A stretch of DNA of 64,000 nt from the NCBI GenBank assembly GCA_044892505.1, contig CM097882.1, positions 51,584,001-51,648,000 on the forward strand, read 5' to 3'. Below, in pieces: positions 23,092 to 36,395 of this stretch; positions within the stretch are counted from its first letter, which is position 1, and every line of letters starts with the position of its first letter. The position numbers were made by a program, and so were the translations under genes. A model generated the notes under the pieces. It ran no database searches, was not told the origin of the DNA, and saw nothing but the letters and a program-made list of their open reading frames with translations. The DNA is from Schmidtea nova (lineage: Eukaryota).

Positions 23092-25187
23092 TGTAATTCT
23101 CTTTTAATTTATGATGTTTAACAAATCATGTTTCCCCATAAGTTTATTATTAAAACATAATTTCATTAATAACAATTGACTGGCTCTCTCAGAAAAAATA
23201 ATTTTATTTCCCGAAGTCAGTCAATTGACCAAACTGAAGGTCAACGCTGTCGTCGGAAATCCTTCCCATCAAATGATGGTTCTAAATTTTCTTATTGATC
23301 ATCATTTACTTCTTCAGTTTCAATCTCTAAAGCTCTCTGAGAATTGCTTTCATCCTGGATATCTTGTGTGCTCAGGTTCTCTTTCAACGGGTCTATATGA
23401 GTAAGTCTTCCAGCTTTATTACAGTCTATGTAAGCTGATCTTGTAGAATTCAGTATGATAAATGTACAGTATTCAGGTTTTTGGTTTGGCTTTGCAGTGT
23501 AAATAAGGTGATTTGTGTGGAAGCTGATTAACGGATGCGTGATTGGTCTTCTGAATATTTGCTCTGGCGGAGTTCCATCCCTAATTTTTGCTATCCTCGA
23601 AGTACGGTATGTGAGCAAAATATTTTGCGGAAAAGTATGAATATCTTCTTTGTTTGTGGCCATATTTTTAAAGCGCGTTTGATTATTTATACCATTCTCT
23701 CCACGAGTTGGTTAGAGAACACGTGGTATTGTGGAGTTTGAACAGCGCAAGCACCTAATTTATTTAGCCATTGTACAATATCTTCTGAAATAAACTCTTT
23801 TGTGTTATCCGTAGCTACTTCAAGTGGTACACGGAATCGAGCAAACGTTGATTGCAGTATTCTCTTCATTGAAGTAGTAGATTGATCTTTGCAAATAATC
23901 TCTTTGGGCCACCCCGTCAATATAACTTCTGATATAAAAACATTTCCAATGTTATTTCTTTTTCTAGTGAATATATGTTTACTATCCGATTATTAAAAAG
24001 CATTTCTTCAAGTTTGTCAAAAGCTTTTTGTTGTTTGTGATTCCAAGTAAAAGGTATTCTATTTTCCTAAGCTAGTTTATTGGTGCACAAATTTTGACAG
24101 GACCCTTGATTTTCATCCTTTTAAAGTTAACTAAGTCAATGAATCTTTCGATATCTTTCTTTGTTTTTAGAACTAAAACTTTTAAAATCTTGTCGACTAA
24201 TCGCTTATCCATTCGAATGCCTTTAGAAAATATTGCATATCCAAGGAAAGTTACTGAGTCTGTACTTCTTACAGACTTTGATCAATTTGTAGATAAATTG
24301 CGTTTGTTTAGGCGTTAAAGTATAGCCTCGTTATATTAAGGTCTTTGCATCATTTACAAAAACTAAAATATTATCTTGGCATACGATAACACCTTTCAAT
24401 ACACAACAAATCTTTTCCATAATTCTATGGAATTTCGACAAAGCCGTTTGAACATCAAGTGGTAGTCAATTGAACCAATATAAACCTTTTGTTGTGTTTA
24501 TTATAGTTAACTTTCGTGACTCAAGGTCAAGTTCCACCTATCATTATGCTGATTTCAGGTAAAATGTTTATATCATTAAAAACACTTAACATTGGCATTT
24601 CTTCAGGCTATAAAAATCACAATCTTTAGCACACTGTCTCAGACGAGCTATGAATTCCATAAGGCTGTCTCCACATTTTTGTCTCTGACCATAGATATGA
24701 GAGCGTTCGGCAATCATATTTCAGGATTTTTAAATTAATTTCTTCAAACCCATGTTATCAACAGTTCTTGAAGAAACAATAGCCACGATATAAAATGGTG
24801 ATTCCTTGGTAGCAGCATTATTATTAAATAAATTGATAAATAACAAAACAAGCCTTTGCTGCAAAACAATTTTCTCACTTAATAAAATAGTTTTGCAGCA
24901 AATGCTTATTTTGTTATTTATTAATTTAATAGCCACGATACTTGGCAAATCTGAAATTCCACAAGTTGCAATAAAATGATCTGTGATTTCTTTTCGTGTT
25001 GCGGGCGGTATCCTCCCACCTTTTGGCACGTGCATGGCCTCTAAAAGAAAATAGCCAAATTGCCGTATTTGAAAGATCTTATATTGGTGGTCGCGGCATC
25101 ATATTGTAATTCTATTTTAATTTATGATATTTAATAGATCACATTTCCCCATAAGTTTATTATTAAAATAAAATTTCATTAATAACA
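23092..25187 (-). mobile_element. Internally deleted Ty3/gypsy (K02A2.6/Mag-like) with 83-bp LTRs (23092-23174, 25105-25187)
   Basis: TG..CA LTR pair with flanks ATAT/ATAC. PBS-like TGATGCCGCGACC. Gag remnant MIAER..Q..GDSLMEFIARLRQCAKDCDF, RT remnant (GVIVCQDNILVF, VTFLGY) and integrase (VATDNTKEFIS, PQYHVFSNQLVER). Confidence 0.8.
24791..24927. mobile_element. P2 hairpin-bearing insertion in gag with a 13-bp direct repeat
   Basis: AATAGCCACGATA at 24778-24790 and 24928-24940 flanks the segment containing the P2 hairpin. Confidence 0.7.
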
Positions 25188-25244
25188 ATACCACACTTTA
25201 TAAAAACATTAAGCTGTTTTGGCTATTTAAAGCATGTCTTATTG

Positions 25245-27307
25245 TGTGATAATTAATTTATTTTAGATAATCAATTTAAAATAAAATAGATTTGTTTATA
25301 TCGACTGATTTTCAAAGAGAAACAGAATTTGAAAAAGAATCTTGTAATAAAGAATAAACGTTGAATCAAGCTTTATTTCAAACATTTTTTATCACAAGCT
25401 ATCTCGGCTATAATGGAGATGCAAAACTTTATCAAGCCCTACGATGGAGTAGGTGAGTTTTCAACTTGGCTTAAGAAGCTGAAGTTAGTAGCTAAGCATA
25501 AAAAATCGAAGATTTGGCCTTCGTTCTCCAATTACTGCTTGATGGACCACCTTTTCTTGTTTATGATCACCTGACGGAGAAGGACAAAGAAAACATCGAC
25601 GCAATTGAAAAATCCCTAACAGATGCCTTTTCGATGGATAGATTCCAGACATATGACACGTTTCGCAATCGTCTGTGGAATGGTGAGCCAGTTAATGTTT
25701 TTCTTGCAGATCTGCAGCGATTAGCTACGCTGGCTGGAATATATGATGATGGGTTTCTCAAGAGAACATTTATAGTCAGACTTCCATCAATGGTTTCCCA
25801 CTAACTCAGAGCTTCATAAAGGATCTTCGAAATGAACCTATCAGAAGTTGTTCGACAAGCTCGAGCACTAATATCAGAACAAAATGGCTCCACTGGTCTA
25901 ATTGCAGTGAAAGGAAGTGGTTCTGCGCCGGGTAAAGAAGTCAAACTTTGCTACGGATGTGGAAAATCCGGACATTTCAAAAATAAATGCCCCCTCAAGA
26001 GTATTGGACATGTGGAATCAAAGGGCATTCGTCGAGACAATGCTCTTCAAACGCACAGAAACTGAAGAGAAACTGAAGCGCCAGCGGTTTCTCAGTGATG
26101 TCAGGGATGGCGCGAGTACTTGTCAGTCTCAGAGTGAATGGAAAATCGTGCACTGGACTAGTCGATTCAGAATGTTCGCAAACCATTGTTTCCCGTATCT
26201 GTGCAGAAGGAAGTGGTGATGCCGGAGTTGTTGTTGCAGTAGATGGTAGAAGAGTTCACTGAGAAGGAGAGAGTCAGTGTCATTTATCTGTTCGAGGATT
26301 AAAGTTTTTGTTAAATTGCTTAATAATGTCGAATCTTATAACCGGAGTGGATGTTATTTTAGGTCTCGATGCGATTGAACCCCTTGGGGGAGTCTCAATT
26401 GACAATTATGGAGTACAGTTTGGTGAATACACTCGAGTACCCATGCCGGCTTTAGTTCAAGAACAAGTGAAAATCAACGATGAGGATTTCGCTGCAAGTT
26501 TTGACGGAGATAAGTGGACAATATCTTGGATATGGAAAGACAAACCTCCAATATTGCGGAACAACGTTGACGAATACGCAATTATGTTGTAGATGGGATG
26601 TAAAGCCGACATACAGATGTGCTTACCGTCCATCTGGGAATGGGATCGTGGGGAGAAACCACTGGACAATAAAATCCCATGCAGCCAGGAGTCCTTCAGA
26701 CCCACGGGACATTGTTTATTGGTTTAACATGGCACCCAAAGACGCGAAGAATCAGAGTACAGCTCCATCAGAGTGGCTATTTAAGTACCAATGGAAATTT
26801 CACAGAGATGTCGAGGAGGAGCGCGTAGTATCTAGTAAATTTAAAACTTGTTAGAATGTTGTTATAAAACCAGTTCCGACCAAATGCACTGATCAGTGGT
26901 CCAGTGGAAACATCACTGGCATTACTTTACCTACCAACGTAGAGGTTGACGGAGTAACGCGTCATGTTGCACACATCCGAGTGTTGCCAAATCAACCTAT
27001 CGAATCCAGCGATGTCGAATGCGAATTTGAAGACAATCAGGTTGACATCAGAAATCCAGAAGAGAGTGAGGAAGACACGCCCTTGGCTCGCAACCGAAGG
27101 AAGCCTTCCTATCTTGATCAGTACGAGTTGGATTCGTCGTACTGATCACGGGGAATGTGATAATTAATTTATTTTAGATAATCAATTTAAAAGAAAATAG
27201 ATTTGTTTATATCGAGTGATTTTCAAAGAGAAACAGAATTTGAAAAAGAATCTTGTAATAAAGAATAAACGTTGAATCGAGCTTTATTTCAAACATTTTT
27301 TATCACA
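25245..27307 (+). mobile_element. Internally deleted Ty3/gypsy with 152-bp LTRs (25245-25396, 27156-27307)
   Basis: LTRs TGTGAT..ATCACA differ at 3 positions. 5-bp flanks TATTG/CATTG. Gag knuckle CYGCGKSGHFKNKC, protease LVDSECSQTIV, then a jump at ~26585 to the integrase C-terminus (AYRPSGNGIV). Confidence 0.9.
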
Positions 27308-27329
27308 CATTGACTATACCTATTTTTAC

Positions 27330-27511
27330 CGACATCAGTCAAAATGACTGATCTTAGAAAAATGGTTAGTTGGGTTTCCAGTCTTTATATATTAAAAAAA
27401 TGATAAATTACTTAATTGTAATATAAAATATATTAATTATAGATTCATTCATTGGTTAATGAAAACATAATAATATTCAAATTCTTAAACATAAATTAAT
27501 TGTATGTGATT

Positions 27512-27549
<38 letters not shown>

Positions 27550-30330
27550 TATTCTAATTGCACTAAACCTAGAATGAAGCGAAATTCCAAGATCTACTCC
27601 ATTTTTAACCTAAAGTTTAACTTCTGCTTCCATATCTGAAAGCGGTCTATTTCTTTTTATTAAGCCTTAAACAATATTGAATATTTTATTAGTACTTGCC
27701 ATATTTTTGGCATTATTTGAATCGATGATTCTGGATAGTTCATTTTTTTCTTTTTGTTCAATCATTTTTAAAACCATTAAATGTGTTTTTGATTTAAAAT
27801 GTTCAGACATTTTTTTAATGAAGCCTGTTGAATAACTTTTGTTGTTCCCGATGGTTGAATTTCAAAATTTTACCATTGTTGTGGAATGTGAATGTTTTGT
27901 TCTTTACAAATACCCAAATTATCGAACGAGGAACAAAGAATTATTCTCTTTTTCGATATGGGCTGGTAGAATTTTAGAGCAGGATACTGTTGCTGATTCC
28001 TGGCTTACGCTTAGAGTTACAGTATTTGAAATATTTTCCGCTTCTTCTTCAAAATTTTTTTTTATTATTATTAAAATAATCACGAATATTAGTTTTGCGT
28101 TTCATTAAATTTTATTTCCTAAAAGAATGGGCTTATTTAGGATATAAAGTAGAAAATATAAATATACTCACAATATATTAATAATTGTTTATAAATAAGA
28201 TAAATGGATTCTTGTTTTTCTGTTGAAATTTATTTTATTTTTTGTAAAAAATAGTTTTTTAAGCAGCACAAAATTATCACTTCTAAACTTTAATAATAAA
28301 AAAAATAATGTTTGCTAATACACACATAATAACTTTTTTAGTGAAAGAAATCTCAACGCCAACTTTGCAATGAAAATATTTAAATTTTAAATTTATTTGT
28401 TGTTTTTAAATATAGTGTCACCTATTAATTAGGTATCAACAAAATTAATTTGTTGATTCCTAATTAACAAATGGTTCTATAAACTACAAAAAATTTGACA
28501 ACCGGTTCTATAGAACCGGTGCGAACCGGCTACAGCTCATCACTATATATATAATACTATACAGTATAATAAAGTGTACAATAAACCTGTAGCATAAATA
28601 GTAATTCGAAATTTTATTTCAATTCTGAAAAGAAGCCTTTATTAGTAGATCTTGCTTTGTGTACATTTTCCGCATACATTTCTTTGCATATATTACAAAT
28701 AGTCCTAGTCTTATTATTACTACATTGTCCTATTTGACACCATTTACGTTTATGGAGGGTGCTACTTGAACTTTGTATATCAACTTCTTGTGGATTTTCT
28801 CTTGAAATCTGGTATTCAGAAGCAAGTTTTTCATCTAGACCAAACAACAACTCTTTTCTTGATATATTTTCACCTATCCAGTTTTTATTTATTTGGCATT
28901 TATTCCAGCTAAATCTAGAATATTGAAAGAAGTGGTTATCTTCTGGAACCTGATTTGATACCAAATTTTCGTACCATTTTGTCAATCACATCGACGTCAA
29001 AATTAGTATTGTTATAAAAAACACTTGTTAGATTCATCAATTTTGACGTGTTTGTGCTTTGTACTTAGTAAACGTATTTCCTTCTTTGGTTTACTCTTGT
29101 AAATAGTACGTGTACATCCATTTTATTCATAAAACAACGTTGAAAAACGAGTCAAACTATCTTTCTTTTCTTTGAAAATTTTTGGTAGTTGTCTTTTATT
29201 ACCACGTATTGTTCGAACCAATCTAGTATTTTTGATAGTAATTTGAACGCTAGAGGAAAAACTGTAATAGTTGTCCGTTGTTAGATCTCTACCTTTTATA
29301 GTATATGGTTCTAAAAGTTTGATAACAACAAATTCAAAACGAATACTACGTAGAATATCTGTAAAACCATTTTTACTCATAGTTTTGGAAAAAGATTTCA
29401 AAGTTTTTGCTTCGTATTCCCCGCGTGCATACAATATCGCAATGAATGCTTTCAAATTTGCTTGCGTAGGTATTCACTTTTGTTCAAAACTCGAGAAGCT
29501 TCTAACTCTGTGCAATTACTTACATATTCTAAAATATAATGGTCAATTATTAAAACGAATCCGCTACTTATTTCTGTCTTCTTTCTTTTTACATATACTG
29601 TATGCCTGTGAGCATTCTTGAAAATACTGTGAACTGATAATCTTCAAGTCATACCCCTTCTTTGAATTTTTCCAAATAGTTCTTTCTGTAGAAATTCCAG
29701 TATCACTTTCATCCTCGTCGCTAGAACTGGGTGGCAATGGCAATCATCTTATTTTACGTATGTTTGAAATGTTTTCGTATTTAGTGTCGCTTGACTCATC
29801 TTCATTGCTCTTATTAGAAATATCGCTATCTCTGTCAACACGTTTATTGTTTCTGCCGTATTATTATTTTGGAATCACTTTAATTATCTAATAATTCACC
29901 TTTGCTGTCATAAAGCTAATTATTTTCAACATCCCTACATTCTATAAGGATATCGGGGATATTTTTCAAAACCTCAGAAGATTTCTTTTGTTTTGCCATA
30001 AATTAAAAACTGAAGCTAATAATAAGATAATATTTCTCTCTGTATTTAGTTTTCTTACCAAAGAATGTAGTTTTGAATATTTCAGTATCCAATGAAATGT
30101 TTCTTTCCAGTATTCTCAACAAAATTTCACATCCAATATCCCTCAAAATTCAATCAACAACTGAAAATTTATAACGTATTGTCCTGTAATCACGAATTCT
30201 GTCATTATCACTGCATGACATTTTTTTGATCGTGCTACAATTACGTAGTATTTATAACGTATTATAACTGTGCAAAACTAATTCCATTAAATAGAAAAAT
30301 GCACCAGTCAAAATGACTGGTTTGGTATTA
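27330..30330 (-). mobile_element. Degenerate piggyBac element
   Basis: CAGTCAAAATGACTG palindromic motif near both ends. Remnants FIAILYARG, GRDLTTDNYYS and C-terminal CQIGQCSNNKTRTICNICK. Confidence 0.75.
27555..28545 (-). mobile_element. 5' fragment of a hAT element nested in the piggyBac
   Basis: Minus-strand TIR TAGTGATGAGCTG with AACCGG subrepeats. Remnant MKRKTNIRDYF...TNKIFNIV..IKRNRPLSD...NGVDLGISLHSRFSA. Truncated at (TA)n. Confidence 0.65.
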
Positions 30331-30619
30331 TTATTTGATTGATTTCATAAATTAATAACATCCATAATTTCTAAAAATATATTTTATAAACAACACAAAT
30401 TTCTGCTACTATTTAAACAATTTCATTTTTATCTTTGAGGATATTTTTGCAAGCATGAGTTAATAATTGAATAGGGAATATTCATGCACAAGCATTCTAT
30501 AAATATTTTTTTTTCAATAGTTATAATCTCTTCAAAAATCATAATAGCAATAAATATATATTTTTATAAAAGTGCAGAATTTGTAATATTAAAACAAGTT
30601 TTTAATATACATTAATTAT

Positions 30620-32820
30620 TGAACATCACTCTCTTCCTCTTCATTTTCTTTGCATCTCTTCAGCCATTCAATTCTTTTTGATTCGATTGAGTTTGGAACA
30701 TGTCTTGGTGATAAGAATTTTAAGAATTTGTCATGTCCTTCATATTGGATTCCCTCCTTCTTTCGTCTAGTGGTTCCAAGCGAACTAGTACTTTCTCTCC
30801 CACTGTGAATACTCGAGTACCCCGGTGTTCTAAATCTCTATTTTGCATTGTTGTAGCTGCTTTCTCTAGATTAGACTTTGTTCTATCCACAATATCTTCT
30901 TTGCTCTTTTGTATATGTCATATTCTAGAATATAAATTAATCTTCTGACCGTATACAATTTCAAAAGGTGAGAAATTTGTTGAGATTTCTATTGTAGCAT
31001 TCAAATAAAATTCAATCTTTTCTAACGATCTGCACCAATTATTCTCTGTTCTAATCTCTGTCAATGATGTTGCCAACATATCCCGAACTGTTCTTATGAT
31101 TCGTTCTGTTAAACCATTTGATTGATGTTGATATGGTGAACTAAATTCTTGTTTTATACCAAATTTTTCCATCCAATCACGAAATATTGATCCTTCAACA
31201 ATTCTTCATCTATCTGTAAGAATGTTTTCTGGTCTACCAAAACGATATATCCAATTATTCAAAATGACATTCAAAATTGTTGATTCAACTTATGTACTTG
31301 TTGCTGATAAACTAACCAATTTACTAAAACGATATATTACCACTATCATTTATTTTTTAATTGATTTTGTCTCTATATATGCAATATCCACTACTATTTG
31401 TTCTAAAAACCGATCGCCTGTTCTTGGCAATAAGATTCCCTTTGTTTTTCCTTGATCAATCTTTCTACTAGCAAATATCTTGCATTTATTAATACATTCG
31501 GTAATACTTTGATTCATGGATGGCCAAAAGAAAACGACTTTTAAAAAAAATAAGGTTTTCTTAATACCCAGATGGCACAGTTCAATATGAAAATAATTTA
31601 CGATTGTCTTAACGCACGTGTCATGTAAAACAACTACAAGTTCTCCATCTGCATTAATCATCAAAACGCCATCTTGTATCTGTAATATTTTTAAATACTT
31701 GATTGTTTCATTAAGATCATTTTCATTAAGATGTGATATGATTTCTGAAATAACTTTGTTTTTGTTTTGCTTCTGTTTATTAATTTTCATAATATTTGAA
31801 CTTCCTTGTAGATTATTAATGTACCAAGTTCTACATCTTGCCTCTTTGACATCCTTGTGCTTCATCTGACAATGAGCGCATATGACATTATTTAAACGAG
31901 ACATACCATCCGCATTTCCATGTTCTTCTCCTTTCCTATATTGTAACTCAAAATCGTGTTCAGAAAAATTGCCATCCATGCCTGAAACTGTGGGCTTATT
32001 GGATTCTTTGTCATGTTCATAAACGTCAATGACTTGTAATCCGTTCTGGCTACAAATTTTCTTCCATATAAATATTGTCTAAATGTAAAATAAACTCATG
32101 AAGAGCCAACAACTCTTTTCTAGTAACACAATATCCCATTTCATGTGTTGTTAAATGCCTTGAACCATGTGCTATCACTCCTTCAGTACCGTCTTCCTTA
32201 ATCTGAGAAAAAACTGCACCTGTGGCTTCAAAACTAGCATCCGTATCAAGAATAAATAGTCGATCTGCCCTAGGAAATTTTAATATTGGTGCTTCACACA
32301 AGAGTTTCTCTAAATTTATAAAACTTTTTCTACATTCTTCAGTTCAAACAATAATTTTATCATTTCCTGTCGTTGTGGCATACAAAAGTGCTGCTATCAT
32401 TGAATAATTCTTGATAAACCTCCGATAATAATTCGTTAAACCTAAAAATGATCTCAATTCTGTAATACTCTTCGGTTCAGTTGCATTTTCAATTTTTGAA
32501 ATCTTTCCTTTATTTGTTTGAATTCCCTTTTTTCTAACTGTATGACAAATGAAAATTATTCGCTTTTATAAAACGCGCATTTTTCAGGATTAACTTTCAA
32601 ACCGGCATCTCTAATGAGTGTGAATACTTCAAGTAGAGGTTTATCATGAGTTTCCTGATTTTCAGCATATATTAAAATGTTATCAAGATACACAACCACT
32701 CCTTTGAAAATTAATGCTTCCAATATCTTATGCATCAGTTTCTGAAAAGTGGCAGGAGCAATTGACAAACCAAATGGTAGCCTTTTAAAACAGAATGGTC
32801 GTTCCCAACTCCGTTACACA
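30620..32820 (-). pseudogene. Degenerate Ty3/gypsy pol (RT, RNase H, integrase)
   Basis: APATFQKLM..GVVVYLDNILIY, FILDTDAS, RKELLAL, HIELCHLGIKKT, FSSPYQHQSNGLTER. Purine tract near 30625-30640. Confidence 0.9.
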
Positions 32821-33160
32821 AAATCAATTCAATAACATTTTCTTTTAAGATTCCACAGTCAAAAACCTTGTTAACAAGTTTTGTCAATCGATTTATAAAA
32901 AAGAGAAGACGAGTTAGAGAATTACCAACTTGTTAAATATTAATCCAACACAATTGTCATGTAAAGAAAATTGTAAAGATTCTTGAATAAAAATACTTAG
33001 CAAATAACGTAATTTCTTTAAACTATATCCCCATTGACATACAATCCAACAATATTACCACAAAATATATTATTTCAAAAATAACATGTATTTAAAAGTT
33101 AAATTGATATTGCTTTTAATAATGGTTTAGGAAATAATTATCCATTAAAACGATTAATAA

Positions 33161-33717
33161 GGGGCCGTTCATAAAGTATGTACGCACTTAGGGGGTAGGG
33201 GGGTGTCAGGCCAAAAGCGTATTGGTATGTATGGGGGTAAAACACGGTAAATAAATACAAAACTAGTAAATATAGCCGCAGAGTATAGTATGATTCGTTA
33301 TAGCATGGCAAATTTTCTTTATATTCCGTTTCACAACTCTCACCGTGCAATAGGTTGTTTAAAACAGTCGCATTGATAATTGTAGTTTATAGTTTTATAT
33401 TTTGCTATTCTATTTCGGTATTATTTGGAAATTCATTTGAATATAATGTTAAATGCGGCCGAATTCCTGGGATTAAGTAAGTTCGCTGGCGATAATAAGA
33501 AGATTCTTATCGTTAGGACATGGTTTTAAAAAACTGAAACAAACGACCCATGACATTCATAGAAGTCCATCTTTGTCTAAAGATTAATCATTCTTTTCCG
33601 GGGTGTAAAGTGTATGTATCGGGGGGATAGGGGGGCCGAAAAAGTACATACTGCAACATGGGGAGGGAGGGGGTAGCATTTACGATTTTTTGGCGTACGT
33701 ACTTTATGGACGATCCC
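33161..33717. mobile_element. PIF/Harbinger-type MITE
   Basis: TIRs GGGGCCGTTCATAAAGTATGTACGC and rc GGGATCGTCCATAAAGTACGTACGC, with TAA 3-bp TSD. Confidence 0.85.
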
Positions 33718-33969
33718 TAAATAATTACCAATGTCGCATTTTCTGTTTTTAAAATTGCCAAAGAAACAATAAAATAATTCAATGTATTTTCACCAAGTAA
33801 TTTAAGCGATTATTCGTTTATTTTTCAGCAAATTATTTAACTTTGGAATGAATAAAAATCTGAAAAATAAACACTTATTGAAAGAAAATATCTTTTTTAC
33901 ATACTCAATAATGCTTTTATTTGTTCAAAACTGTAAATGCGTTTATCTAGAAGTGTTTTAATAAATATA

Positions 33970-36280
33970 CAGGCTTACCTCGATTAACGCTTCCTTTTTT
34001 TAGAGCTGTTTCGCTTTAGCGCTCTTTTGATTTTTTGCAAAACAAAATTATTTTAACACTAAAATATTTTTTAAAAAGTTTTCTTTTTCTAATTTCATAT
34101 AAAAATTAATAAAACTTAATTTATAATTCTTGGAATCCGTTTTTGAAAAGAAAAAAAAATATCAAAAATAATTAAAATTCGAAGAATCCCAAAATGTGAA
34201 ATTTTGTATTAAATTATTCATTCGAAATAATGATATGGTTTGATATAGACCTCAGTAATTTTGATTAAATAAAACAAAATCATTAAATAAAACAAAAGCA
34301 ATTGCTTATAAAAATATGACAGAGAAAAGAACGGTGATCCACAGACGCGTGTTGCTAAACAATCTAGAAAGCGCCTGACGTTGGAGATGAAAATGAATGT
34401 TATTAGGTGAATTGAGAACGGTGAACGACAGTCCGAAGCTTCTTCCAGTCTAGGGTTGGCTGGATCAACCATTAGAACCATTCTTAAAAATATTGATAAC
34501 ATTAAGAAATCCATTTGTACAACAAATTCATTATCTGCCAAGAAAGTAACACACACAAGAAAGACTCAAATAGAAGAAATGGAGAAATTATTAACATTCT
34601 GGATTGATGATCAAACACGGAGAAACACACCGCTCAGCCAGGGCATCATAATGGAAAAAGCCAAGACATTATATTTAGAGCTTATAAATCGAACTGGAGA
34701 AAACTCCACGACCGAGAGTTTTGTTGCAAGCCGAGGCTGGTTTGAAAAGTTTAAACTACGTGCAAATATACACATCATTAGTCTTTCCGGAGAATCTGCC
34801 AGTGCTGATAAAGAATCTGCAGAGGTATTTAAGAAGAGTTTGAATGATATTATAAAACAGAAGAATTATCCTCGGCAGCTTATTTTCAATTTTGATGAGA
34901 CCGGTCTTTTTTTGGAAGAAAATGGCATCAAAACATTCATCTCCAAAGAAGAAAAATCCGCATCAGGTTTTAAAGCCGCGAAAGATCGTTTAACCTTATT
35001 ATTAGGTGGAAATTCAACTGAAGATTTTAGGATGAAACCGTTATTAATTTACCATTGTGAAAATCCCAGGGCAATGAAAGGGATTTCTAAACAATCAATG
35101 CCTGTGATTTGGATGGCAAACCGAAAATAATGGATGACTGCAATTTTATTTAAAAAATGGTATCAAGAGCATTTATGCTGTAAAATCGTATTGCGAAAAA
35201 AATGGATTAGAAAGAAAAGCATTGCTGATTCTCGACAATGCTCCTGGACACCCTCAAAATTTATCAGAATTTCAAACTTGTTTGTCTGTAGAAACTATTT
35301 TTACATTTCCAAATACCACATCAATTTCGCAACCGCTGGACCAAGACCAAGGAGTGATTGCAACTTTCAGGGCTTATTATATTCGAAAAACTTTTAAGCA
35401 ACTACTTGGAGCAGTTGACAGCAATCAATGTTCCATCAAAGAATTTTGGAAGAAATTTAATATCATGAATGTCATAGAAAATACCGGTTCATCATGGAAT
35501 GAAGTGCAAAAAGGTTGTCTCAGTGGATGTTGGAACTGCTTGCTTATTAAAACGGTTGAAGATGAAATAATTGATGAACTACCACAAGTTATTACTGAAA
35601 TAACGGAAATAGCAAATGATATTGGATTTGAGGAAGTTGATGAGGGAAACATCCAAGAACTAATTGAAAGTGATAACAATGGTATCTCCAATGAGGATCT
35701 GATTGCTAGTTTATCACAAATTTAGCCAAAAATTGCGGAACATACGCTAGAAACAGAAGATATAACAGAAAATATTTTAAAGAAAAAATGTTTGGAACAT
35801 AATCTAGGGATAATGCAAAATGCTTTAAAAGATTTAATTGAAATTGATCCCAATTTTGAAAGGTCCTGTGCTATAAAACGAGGATTAATGAACACTTTAT
35901 CCTCCTACATGGAAATTTTAAAAGAAAAAAGATAGCTATTTAAGCAAGCAAGCTCATATGTTTTTTAAAAAAAATAATTAAATATGAATTTACGCCTTTA
36001 TTTTATGATATGTATTAATATATTTTTTTGTTTTTATTGAAATTGTTTTGTTATATTGAATTCTAATTTATTTTCTAATTTTTAAATGAAGTATAAAAGA
36101 AATAAAAATTGTATTTCAAAATAAAAGTACCATCTTTATTATTTTTGACTTCAAAGTACCAAAAAATTTGGTTAGGAACGTAACCACATATTTTAGTGTA
36201 AATATCACCTCTTTTAACACCGTTTCTGTTTACGCTTAATTTTCAGGAAGGCATTATGAGCGCTAATCGAGGTATTTCTG
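33970..36280 (+). mobile_element. Tigger/pogo transposon with frameshifted CENP-B-like/DDE_1 transposase (~34300-35950)
   Basis: TA|CAGGCTTACCTCGATTAACGC ... CGCTAATCGAGGTATTTCTG|TA. Motifs FVASRGWFEKFK, FNFDETGLF, KDRLTLLLGGN, LILDNAPGHP, QPLDQ. Confidence 0.92.
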
Positions 36281-36395
36281 TACAGTGAATTCTTGATTAA
36301 AGCGACCTTGATAAGAGTGACCCTCGAAAATAGCGACCAAATTTAAACAAACTAAATTTTCTTTGTTTTTTAATGAAGCTCGACCTTTATGAACT

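Noticed and set aside
24730-25035. ORF initially read as a hAT fragment (TVDNMGLKKLI)
   Set aside because: It is collinear with downstream gag, RT and IN remnants between paired LTRs, so it is better explained as gag plus the P2 insert.
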